Part shown: positions 51,001 to 63,000 of the stretch, piece by piece
Position numbering within the stretch: position 1 is the stretch's first letter
Layout of the letters: the number at the start of each line of letters is the position of its first letter
Origin: Candidatus Omnitrophota bacterium
Lineage (GTDB): Bacteria > Omnitrophota > Gorgyraeia > Gygaellales > Profunditerraquicolaceae
Assembly: GCA_041650835.1 (NCBI GenBank)
Contig: JBAZKL010000001.1
Coordinates: forward strand, 701,617 to 765,616
Direction: 5' to 3'
Length of the DNA stretch: 64,000 nt
Made by a program: the position numbers and the translations under genes
The notes under the pieces: model-generated
What the model was told of the DNA's origin: nothing
Database searches by the model: none
What the model saw: the letters and a program-made list of their open reading frames with translations, nothing else

Positions 51001-54000
51001 GCGTTTTCCGAACGACTGGATATGGCAGGTAAAAGCCATATCAAAGATCCCATCTTCTAAATTAATTCTGTAAATTATATCCTCATTGCCATTTTTACCA
51101 AAATGACTGTTTAAATAACTGTTCAGGGTTTCGTAACTCAACCAGGGATCACGGGAATTACCCGCAGCGTTAATCTTATTCGGCGAAGATGATTGTAAAC
51201 TATTATTTATAACATAATCGAAAGTTACGTCATTCTCTTCATATCTAAACCGCATAAACTCATCAGGGCTTATATTTTTTATACGCTTGTTTCGAGTTGT
51301 ATTCCGACGCCATTCTAGATAAAAAAGCCTTGAATCATTATCCGCAACGACTCTAATTATTACAACATTGTCGTGGAGGCCCCTATAGAGAGAGCAATCT
51401 AACCCGGCAAGGATCACGAAATCGATGCTCCCGGCCTTAAGAGCCTTATTAATGTTTGATTCCAGCTTCATGGCATCTATGCCGACCCCATACCTGCAAT
51501 ACCTGTCTCTTTCTATGCGGCGGATGGAATGCAGCCGGTAAAGATCATAAATCAGTTTTGCGACATAGCTCTTACCAACTCCGGAGTCGCCTTCTATAAT
51601 CAACAACAGTTTTCCTCTTTGTAATGCGGCATCAATAACTTTCTTAACCGCTTCCAGCGCCTTAGCTTGATGCGGTAATTTCTTAAAAGGGGGCAATCTA
51701 TGAATAATCGGCGATGATCCATGATTAACCCCTATCCTGCCTCTCCAGAGCATCGAGTTATCGACTTGACCGGCGCGAAAATATTTCTTGAGCCAGTGAA
51801 ATATCGCCTCGCTGCTGCTGCAGATGGTCCTTGCCTCAAACACCCATCCCGGGTATTCCTTTTCCAGGAAAGAAGCGGCATTCTTAAAGGTAAGCGACAT
51901 TAACCCTTTGCCCCTGAGGCTATCGATCACAAGATCAGACCGGCCGAGTGAAATATCATGCAGGTATATGAGCTTTTTACCGGAAAACGCGCTTACCTCC
52001 AGGACAAATTCATAGTCTTCTATATCAATTTCGCAGCGTAATATTTTGTTGAGCCCGAATTTTATGCGCCACATTCTGTCAATAACAGCGGCGTAATAAA
52101 CCCCGTTTTCCGAGCGTCGTATAAACAGGACAGCTGCAAATTCTTTTAAGCGTCCGGCAAGCATAAGATCTAAGAACCATCTCCAACTGAATATTTGCTT
52201 TGCCTGCTTACGCACGTCTTTATCTGTGCCCTGAAAAACGAAAGTAAGTACCGGCTTATCATCTATCTCCCGGAACGCGCTTAATAGATCCTTCGCCAGG
52301 AAAACTTGCGCGCGCACCAACTCATTTTCCCCCTCTCCCCTCTCGCTCTTGGAGAGCGCCAGCGGCGAGGCGGCTGGTAAAGATGAAGATACTCTCACGC
52401 TTCCCCGGGAAAACCCCGTCACGGCGGCAGCGCGCACAAAATCGGCGAACGATCCTTCCGCATGGGCCGGTATTTTTATTTCCTGTTTAAGGAAGAAATC
52501 GTGGTACGCTCCCGCCAGCGTGCGGATATGATGATTTGCCTCATCCAAGGCAAGCGCGCGCGCGAAATACCGCAAGAACTCCTCCTCCTGCATACGCATA
52601 AGATACAGCTCAGCCAGGGCGATGTGCCATACGGGATTGAATGGCTGATACTGCAAGGTATCCTCGATAAACCACTCTTTCATCTCCCCTATTTCCACAT
52701 TCGCCGATTCCATCGAACCTATGACGGAAAGAAGCAGGTGCCTTTGCGCAATATTCGCGGGGTCATCTCTTAAATCCTGCAAGACGATTTGACTGAACTG
52801 CCGTAATTCCAAAGCGTCCATCTCTGAAATTTTCCCTTGCTGTTTAAGGATATGCTCCCACTGCATCCCGGCAGAAAGACGATGTTCCTTGAGGTATCCC
52901 CGGTAGTCGATAAAACTATAGAATCCAAGTTGATACATCTCTTCGCGTATTGCGACCACCGACTGCAAAGCGTCCCGCCCACCCGTAACCACAAGATCAT
53001 CAATGAGCGCGATACAACAACCCATCTCCGAGCCACACGCGTGCCCATACCTTTGCCTCAATGAGTCGATGACACGGTAAAGATACGTTGAGATCAGCTC
53101 ATCAGCCAGTATTTCAAGGACATCTTCTCTATAGATGCCTTTTTGCCGGATATCCATATCATTCAACCGATGCACAAACTTTTCCACTTCAGTATCCGCT
53201 ATCGGCAAAAGTTGACGCACTCCGTCGTAGGCAAGCATAGACCCATAACGCTGATCGACGCGCGCCCGATCAGCGACTCTATATCCGAATTCGTTTATTT
53301 CTTTTGTTGATATATCCTTCAAGAAAAGGCCGCGATCATTGGCAAAGGCATAATTGGTATAGCGGCTGCCGGGAGAAATGAACACTCCCGGTGTACGGTT
53401 CGACGAATAATTAAAAGGCAGAAGGTAAAAAAGGAGCAGCGATTCCACGAACTTAGGCATAAGCGAATCGGGAGTGGATAAAATAATATTATAGGATGGA
53501 TAGAGCCCTTCATTCATCAAGACGCGGTGCTTCTTCAAGATACCGTCTATATCCTTGTAGCCTTTATCCATAAGGAACGGTTGGCTATTCTCGTCAAGGC
53601 CAAAGCCTATGTGATAGAACCCGTTTTTCACCACTCTCCCTGTAAAATCCTTTAAGGCCGCGGGATCATCGGGCAGAGTATTTAAATGTGTCTGTTCAAT
53701 GGCGAAACTAAAGTACCTGCCGAGATCGTACTGTTCGATGAATGAGATGACCGCTTCGGCGTGCGCCCGGGAAAGAAGAAAATTTTCGTCCCAGAATCTT
53801 ACGGTGATCCTGCGCGCTTTAAGTGCCTCCAGTTGAGGCGATTCTCTCCTTGACCGCAAAGATTCGGCCAATGATGCTAACGAAATCAGAGGGGGGCCCA
53901 CAGGAAGATGATTACGAAGCATACCAAGAATGCGTTCTTGTAAATGGCTTACTTCGCAAAGCGTGACGCTCCTGCTCCCCCCAAACATCAGGGACGCGTT

Positions 54001-57000
54001 GCATATCTTGCATGCACGGTTGCACCCGTAAGACGTTACGATATTGTAATTACGCGCGCTTTGCTCATTGGCAGGAGCGGTCTCTACCGGAGGAATAAGA
54101 ACCTTGCGGTACTCAGCGGGAGTAACAAAATCATTGCATATGAGGCGATCGTGCAGGCGCAGTAAACTCGCTTCAGGGAATTTCCCGTGCGTTCCCCGCA
54201 AGAAACTGATCAAACAGGGCAAAGTTTCCACCCCCGCGCCGGAAAGCAACGCTAAACGCGGATACTCGTTGATAAAAGGCAGCAGCTTTAAAAGCCCCCT
54301 GGTGACCGTAGGGCCTCCTAATACAATAACAGAAGAGATACCCAGCGTTTTAATTTCCCGTATAAGAGCATTCAATTCTTCTAAGTTATAATCATGGAAA
54401 GAACATCCTACGACATCGTAACCGTGTTCTGCGATATTCTCAGCAACCGCGCGCATACTCTCAGAGGAATTCATCCGCGCCTCCGAGGCAAATCCGTGCT
54501 CACGGAGGCTTTCTTTCAGTATCCTGCAGGCGTAATATGCGGGTTTATTGAAAGCATATAAAAGAATTCCCGGTTCACTAGGCAACATTTCTGATGAAGG
54601 CATGCGCAGCTGCCTATCCGGCATAAGCCCGCTTTCCATGATCAAAGCAAGAGCCGCATTATCAACCGACATGCCGCTCAATCGAAATACCCTGTTCTGA
54701 TGGTCGAAAACTTGCCCGGAGGATATCGATGCGCCTAAAGAATATTCTTCTCCGGCCTTTGCGCGCCCCAGCTTTTGGACGAGATCGATCTTTTCCTGCA
54801 AACGGCTGATTTCAAGACGGAAATCATGTTTTGAAGCTTTCAGCAGCGAGAGAGCTTTTTTAAAACTGAACAAACGCTCGTATATTTCCACCAGTGAAGC
54901 TATCGTATGGTAATCTTCAGGGTCTTGAGCCAGAATGATCTCCAGGCTGGCAAGAGACCTATCCAAAGTATCTACCGGCGAACCTGCCACGTTATTACGC
55001 TCCAATGCCTTCAGCACGTTTTCATTAAGCCTCCACTTCACATAAAAACGGAATGGATCCTTACCGGAAAGTACCTGCTCGACTGTATCGACGAACAAAC
55101 AATAGCTTCTGCGCAAGCCATCTTTTCTTGCCCCGGCAAGAAATTCTTTCGGGTCAATCGTTTTTAAGTTATGGGAACCTTTCGAAATCGGCGAGGCGAG
55201 GGAATTTTTAACAGCTCCGAACGCAAATGAAAAAAGCCAAACCTGGTATCCATGAATATCAATTCCTGAAACATAGATAAAGTCCGCCTCACTGCAACCG
55301 CTAAAATTGGCCTTCCCGGCCAAATTCAATAGTTTCGCCTGACTTCTTACATGCGCCAATTCATAACCGCCAAATATAAGCAAACGGCATTTCGGCCAAT
55401 TCCCGGCCGCACCGATGACCCACTCATGCAAGGCTCCGTAAGTCGGGCCGATATTGCCGGCTACAGCGTCAATCGTGGCAGTGATTTCCTGCGGCAGCCC
55501 CAGGGTCTGTTTATCGTCGCGCCCTATTTCACGCTGAATGAATTCCACTTTTCCCTGCCAGGAATAACCGTTAACGCTCAAAATTTCTTTTGCCCTCTCA
55601 AGCGCGTTATATGACCTTTCTACCGCATAAACAAACTTCGCTCCCAACCGAAGCGCGACAAGGCTTAAAATGCCATATCCCGCTCCGATATCGGCTACAA
55701 CTTTGTCAGTCCAGTCATGCCCAAGCATGAGCGCGATAATCGGAACGGTAAAACCATTGATAAACGGATTGCTTTTTGTTCCTTTCCTGATTGGGATCGC
55801 GGATTGCCCGGCTTGGCCCCACTGCGGGTCATTCTCGGGGTAAAAAATAATTCCCTCTCCCCCTTCCTGCAATAATTCTTCCCCTAATAAATCTTTCAAC
55901 CGTTGCAGATGCTTAAGCGAGCGATATTTTAAGAAAGTCAACGCCCCTAACTGAACAAAGGTGCCCTCCCTATCCCATTCGATAGACACATGCGCGCTCT
56001 CCGCATTCGACGGGATCACCAATAAGGCATGCAATTCATCGTTTCCGGCAAATTTTAAGAATACAAACGGAGCAAGCTGTACAGATTTTTCTCCCGCGCC
56101 CAACACCGGTTTATTGATTTCCGCGCGGGTATCCACAATCGATACTATCCCCGCGCTTATTTCTTTAATACCGAGCCTCTCCTTAACAGCTTTCCCGGTC
56201 GCCCGCGGTTCTTGAGATTCAACGGAAACGGTTTTATTTTCCGGTCCAAGAGGAGAGGCACTTTCTTTCTCTCGGGATTTCGCGGCAGCAGCAAGAGCCT
56301 CTTCCGCTTTCCCCCGTATTTGTTCATGACAAAATTCATTCTGCCTGGCCCTTTCTAAAAGGAGAAGAGCATTTTGGCTTTTCCGTTGGGTGGCGGAAAT
56401 AACCGCGCATGCTAACATCTTCCAATACTTTATCGCGGCCTGTTTTATTTTATGAGAAAGCCCGGGGACAACCAGTATTTGCTCTTCCACGTACTTCATT
56501 ACAAAAGGGTCTCCGCCAGCGGCCCGGGCCGCAAGCTTCTGCATCGTATATTCCCTCTCTGAAGTATCATGCCAGTAATAATCCTCTTTCCCATCAAAAT
56601 ACGCCAGGAAATGCGGAGTGATCTGAAGCTGATTTTTCTCTGATATAATGGCGGCCAGCGCCAGATACGCGGTTGCCACCCGGAATTCTCGTTTACCTTC
56701 TCCGGTCACTCTATCTATGAAAGCCTTGAGCCTCTTCTCTAACGCCGCGAGCGACGCAGTATTACCGTATCCGGCCGCATATATCAACAAGCTGATACTC
56801 TTATCTAACGTTGAATCGTATACAAAATACTTCCGGGGCGATTCGTCGTCTATAAACCGCTCAAGCATTTCCACTATTCTTTGATCACCCAGGCTCAATA
56901 AAACATACAGCGCGCTCCTGGCGCTATCTCCTAAACACAGTTTATCCTCAACAGATAATGAAAAGAGTTCAGGGATAAGACGGCTCAGAGTGCCTACGGC

Positions 57001-60000
57001 AACCTGATCGCCCTTATTGGCTAACTTAGTTATTTTTTCTATTACCCTGGTTTTCCGGTCAGAGGATAAAGGGCTCATGCGGTTATGAATGATCTTCTCG
57101 GTAACCGCACAGAAATAATCAATGAATAATCCTTCCAATTGCTCCGTAATAACCGGGTATCCCTCTTTGATCTCCTGCCAGGTCATCCGCTGAGCATCCG
57201 CCCAGGATTTATGGTCGCGGCAATTATAAAGCAACTGCCTGTATTCATTGAACACTATTACTCCTAATGCCTGGGCAAGATTATCCCGGAATCTATCCGC
57301 CAGCGCATCCGCTAATTCGCGGGAGGAAAATACAATAACCAGGGTGTTTCCTTCGAACATGGAAGAGAAAACAAACGCAGGGACTGCTTTTTCAGGCAGG
57401 GAATGCGGCACTATAAAATGCACACCGCATCCTTCGTACACAGGCAGAAGTTGATCAAAAACATCAAGAGAAGCAAACTTTTCCTCTTTAACCTGTTTAA
57501 TTATTCCCGAGCATTCATCTAACGTTAAACCCCCGTATATTCCAATAGAATAATATCCCGGCCTTATGAAAGATAACTCTTCGGCCGGCCGTTCTAAGGA
57601 TCCCCGGGTTTTCCCCGGAATTACTTCTGTTTGCGGGCTTATATCTATTGTCGGGGCTAAACGGACTTCATACGTTATCCCATCTATTTCCGAAAGAGCC
57701 TTATGTATATCGGCCTCATATTCCCGGGGACTTTCCCGTAAACAGGAAGGCTGGAGGATAAATTCATACGACAAAAACCCAGGATCCTTCTGCGGCGGAG
57801 CCAGCCTGAACATACTGATACCCAGGTCAGACAGTGCCGCAATTGTCAGGGTTATAAGCCCCGGATCATCTTCGGCTAATATTGAAAGCTCAAAATTCGG
57901 CGCGGGGGAAGCAATAACGGATTCTAATTGGTAATACCTGAAATGTTCTTTGCTTAAAAATAATCCCGCGATCAACTTAACCAGCTCTTCGGGAGAATTA
58001 AGCTGGATCAGGATCTGCGTGAACAAAGCCCCTTCTCTATCTCGTGCCGGAGGTTGCTCATAGATCTGCCATTTCAGAAGCGCTTTGACGACTACGCGCG
58101 CGGAATCCGAGGCAACCATCATTCTTTTACCAAAAGTCTTAAGCCGGTAGAAATTACGATAATCGATCATAGACCGGGGATCCCAGCTTGAGATGATCCA
58201 AGACATCCCTTCCCTGGCGGCAGCAGAACCCGGGAAAAGAACACGCGCGTCTTTATGATCCATATCCGGTAATAAGGCAAGCGCCAATTTATATTTACCC
58301 ATCTCAATACTTTCATAGATCCGGGGCAGTTCAGTGGATCTTTCTTCATTATTACGGCAGGAGAGCTTTAACTCTTTTAAAACACCCGCGATCACTTGAA
58401 CAACCCAGTCTCTCGGGGGGACATATTCCTGCAGGAACGAAGCAAACTTTTGCTTTTCTCCTTCGGTTAATTCGCCGAGTTTTTTCGGCACATATATATC
58501 GCGGGACCTTGTTGCGGCTCCCCCATCTTCCAATGCCTGCTCTTTTTTCTTAATGCCGGTTTTCGCTAAATATATGCCTTCGATTAAACGGCCCGGCAAA
58601 TCCTTGAGAAATCCGGATATTTCCCCGGCAATCTCCTGACGCCGCCTGTCAAACATGTCGCCTAAGTGAGGGATATCCGAATAACGGGCTATCTCGTCGG
58701 GGACATTGATCGTAGAGATCCTTGTGTAAAGACGCTTCATAATTTCAAGATCGGCGTTCGTGAGGTCGCGCCAATAACCGCTCGTAGTATCTAAAGAGTG
58801 CCCTTCCGCGGGGTTTCGGCCCGGGACAGGGACTATTTCGCTTAACTGCGGATTATTATAGATAAACCATTGGTTCGCCCGCGCCCTATTCCTGTTATGC
58901 TTGCCGAGAGGGACTAATTCACTGCACTCAAAAGCTTCCTGCACATCATCTAACGTGAATACGGACACGCTCCCTACAGTTTTGACCTTAAAATAGATCC
59001 TATCGGAATTCTTCTCTACTTTTTCAAGAGTAATTTCTATACCTGTTTTTTCTCTGACATTGTCGATAGTAACGATCAAAGAATCGTTTTCTTTCATCCT
59101 GAAATTACCGCGGGAAAGATTTCCGCGTTGATGTTTAAGCTTTGCGTTTATGCCGTAAGGGCTTTTTATAAAAGAACAATTTACTTCATCCGTTGGCTGA
59201 ATAAACCAGGAACTTAAAATATTGAATATTTCCCGGCCGCTCCTGTCAATAACCGCCTGCTCTTTTGTGCCGAAATAAAGGATTACCTGCTCAGAGCTGC
59301 CGATACCTATTGTTTTTTCTCCGCTGACTACCGCGTACTCCTCTAAGTTACGCAGCCGGGCTGATGAACGTTCCCGGTATATTTTAGGGCGTAAGAAATC
59401 ATATGCCCCCTCCAGCGCAGACGAACTTACCCGGTTGTTCCCGCACTCCAGCGGGGAGGAAGTATTACTCAAATACGTCAATAACTTTTCCCATCTGCAA
59501 ATTACCTCCCGCGCCTGCACGCCCTGATCTTCATCCTCATAGAGAGCGCCGCATACGCACGTGCCTCGCCATGCGCCTTTTGCCACTTTAACGCTTTGGA
59601 GTATGCGCATACCGGTATCAGCGGCTTGCCGTCTTTCAGGACTGATAATTGCGGCCGCCTTTGGGGTGATGATCAAAGCTTTATCCGCCTGGGTCAATGC
59701 AAGCGGCAACCCTCTGCCCGCGTGACCGCCTTTCCCGAAACTAAAACGCTCACCGGATCTTATCGCTTCGCTTATAGGCACCGTCTGTTGGTTATCTCCC
59801 TTCACAAACCCTCTCCCATTATCAGAAAGGCTGATCATTACGCATCTGCCGCCTTCGAACGCCGCTTCATACCTCAGGGCCAATCCTATCCCTTCCGGGA
59901 CGTGCTGAATAATATTACCTATGCAATAACGCAGGAATCCTTTTTCTCTCGCGCTTTTTGTTATTGCGTCGTTCTTTTCCCATAATAATGACATCGCCTG

Positions 60001-63000
60001 AGGGACGTAACCTATAGACTCATAAAGCGCCTCACAAGAATCATAGTTTAAATCCGGCCCGCTTATGACGTGAGCAGAAATACCTTCCTCTATACTTAAC
60101 GCCTTAAAGGCTTTCACAAAATCTCTCCAGTCAGCATTATCACTGCCATAGTAAGGCATTACCTTCTTTAAATGTATTTCACTCATCAATTGAATAAAAG
60201 CCCCTACAGGGGAGGCAGCGCTGAGATCATCCGTTGCGCGCCGGCCAAAGAAACTCATTTGATCGTTTCGCGGAGGGGAAAAAGAATTGTAAATATTAAA
60301 GTTACTGAGCACTTGCTTCAATAAAGATGAGTTATTACCTGGCCCAAAGACTAAATACGCCAGAGGTGATGTAGCGCGTTTTCGTATGGAAATATCTTTC
60401 AAAGGTATATTCCTTAAATCATAGACAAAATCGTCAAAAGGCGCATTGAACGGTTCAAAACCATCTGCCAGATAAAAACCCTCTCCGGCCTTGCCTTCTA
60501 TAACATAAAGACTATCCTTGCCCAAAACATCCCGCGCAAATACTTTTGCCAGCGATGACAACGCTTTACCTATCCCCCTATATTCGTAGCGCAACCGGTT
60601 TTTAAATGCATGGATAGCAAAGTCAGCCTGTACCAAAGGTATCGTGCGTTCATCAAAAGAAAGGTCTCTCCAACGGTTATATGCCTGGACGTAGATATGC
60701 CCGAAATAAGCGCTCCTATCGGCGTGCCTGAACATAAAACCGAACTGCGCGGATGCTCCATCTTCAGCATTAATTTTTCTTACCCCCTGAGGATAGATCA
60801 GGCTGAATATCAACCTTTCTGCCTCTTCAGTAACCAGGACAACTTCACCGCTTTTCTGTTTCAGCGCAGCTGCTAAAACAGCTTGGGGGCGAGCAGGAGA
60901 AGCAAAATGGCTTACTCCTCGTATTCGATCAGCTACCGGTGAGGCCGAACGCAATGATCCCCCTGAAACAGCCGCAAACGCTTCATTCCATCCCGCGTGG
61001 CTCCGGAGCCAGGAATATTCTTCACCGGGCACGCCTGCTTCTCGCATCGCCTCAAGGATGCCGACCTTAGAACCGAACATGAGCGATCTCACTATATCGA
61101 TCCTGCGGTATCGTTTTACCGGGCGGACTTCTGCTATGTCCCGCGGATTGCCGTTGACAACTTCCATCTTCTCTCCCGCGCTGACCATTAACATAGGCAG
61201 CTTCTCGATATCGAAGAAAAGTATTACGGGCTTGGGATTCCTGATCGCGCCTATAAGCTTCTTATATACTTCAAATTCAGGGGCGGAAAAAATCGCGTCA
61301 TTGTTCTCACAGGCGACATCGCTCCAATAATAGTTTTCAGTGGTCTCAACAAGCGTAAACAAGACGCGGTCGCGCCGGCGCGGGTTGAACAACTGCCCCT
61401 TATTACAACGCAGCGCGTAATCAATAAGGCTGGTTGTCGTGCCCCGGCACAATCCGTATTCAAATATTTCATTGAGAAAATCCCCGAAGCACAACTGTCC
61501 TTGAGAAATGATATTCTTACGGACCCACACAACCTGATCGAGCAGGCAGACCTCAAAGGCCTCGTGTATCCTGTCGATGTTCGCTAAGAGGAACGCCAGG
61601 CACTTCATTTTTCCCTGATGATGCAGACGCTTTGCCTGGTCAACGATCAGGCTCAGGTCGCGATCAGGGATATCAGTCATCTTGTCGACCGGCAATTGCT
61701 TTTCTATACGGGAAAGGTGGCCCTTGATAAAGCTGCCGTATGTTTGTTTTTCCGGCCCCACATCGAGTACGCAAGGATATATTTTATCCCGTAAACCACG
61801 CGGTATTTGACACAGGCATCTTTCTAATTCGCGGACAAGGCCCCTTCTATTAATTGGTGAGTTGCCACGCGGTTTACGGGCGACCCAGGCGGCGCAATTA
61901 TAAAAATTAACTTCCCGCTCGACATGAAAACCATATTTTTGCTCAATAAGGTCCATATGAGCGCACATAGCCCTGTATTTATCCTCCTCATCGGTCTTAT
62001 ATCCGGAGGCGATGAACAGGCGCGCCTCAGGGAAATAGGGAATAAGCTTCATGCTGTCGGCATTCGTTACCGAATACATCCCCCAGGAACCTATATTTGA
62101 AACAAGGGCGGTTTCCCGGTCCATTTGACGGGGCGAAAGAGACCTTGCGATCCCCTCGGGATCTTTCAAGTCGCCGTTAAGTAAACGGTAAGCGATACCC
62201 TCCTTAAAATCATTGATCTTCATTTGCAGCCGCGCGACTTCCAGCAAAGTACTATCGATCTCAATTGCATCAACGCTGCAATTTAAGCGAAGGGCCGTTA
62301 AGGACAATTCCGCGCGGCCGGCCCCGCAATCAATTACATGCATATCTCTAACGCTATGGAGCATGGCAAAAAGCGCCAGAGACGTATATGTGGGAAAATA
62401 ATAAAACATCTTATGAGCGCTGATATTTACCAATCGCATGGAATTAGTTTTCAACAAAACCCTCAGATCAGAGCCCAGGAATCCAGAATAAATACGCTCG
62501 TCAATGAATATCAAATTATCAAACCTGATAAATCCTGAATAATAATCCGTGCCGCCTGTTTCCTTGACCATTACCCATTCTCTTTCATAAGCATATGGCC
62601 CGAATTGAAAAGTTTTAAGGGTCCGATAGATATCAAAACCCAGTCTTTCAAGCTTCAGATTGATCTCACCGGCAAGCTCCTTACTATAATCCCGGGATAA
62701 TCTGAACGGCGAGGCCGACATTTGAGGCAACCGCCATTCCTTCTTATCAAATATGACTTTGATCGGTTTTGCCATGCCGTTTTCCAACTCATGAATTGCA
62801 GACTCATAGATAGCCGCCATTAACTTAATACCGATACTATGGTCGCTTACCGGCGATATCGACCTTTCATTGATAGGCCTTACATCAGAAGATCCCGGGG
62901 TTGTTAAAATCCTCAGGAATTCTCTCATCGGCGCGCCGTCATCTTCATCACTGACCGGAATATTTTCAACCGGAGAAAATTCTTGCAGCATCCCTTTATT

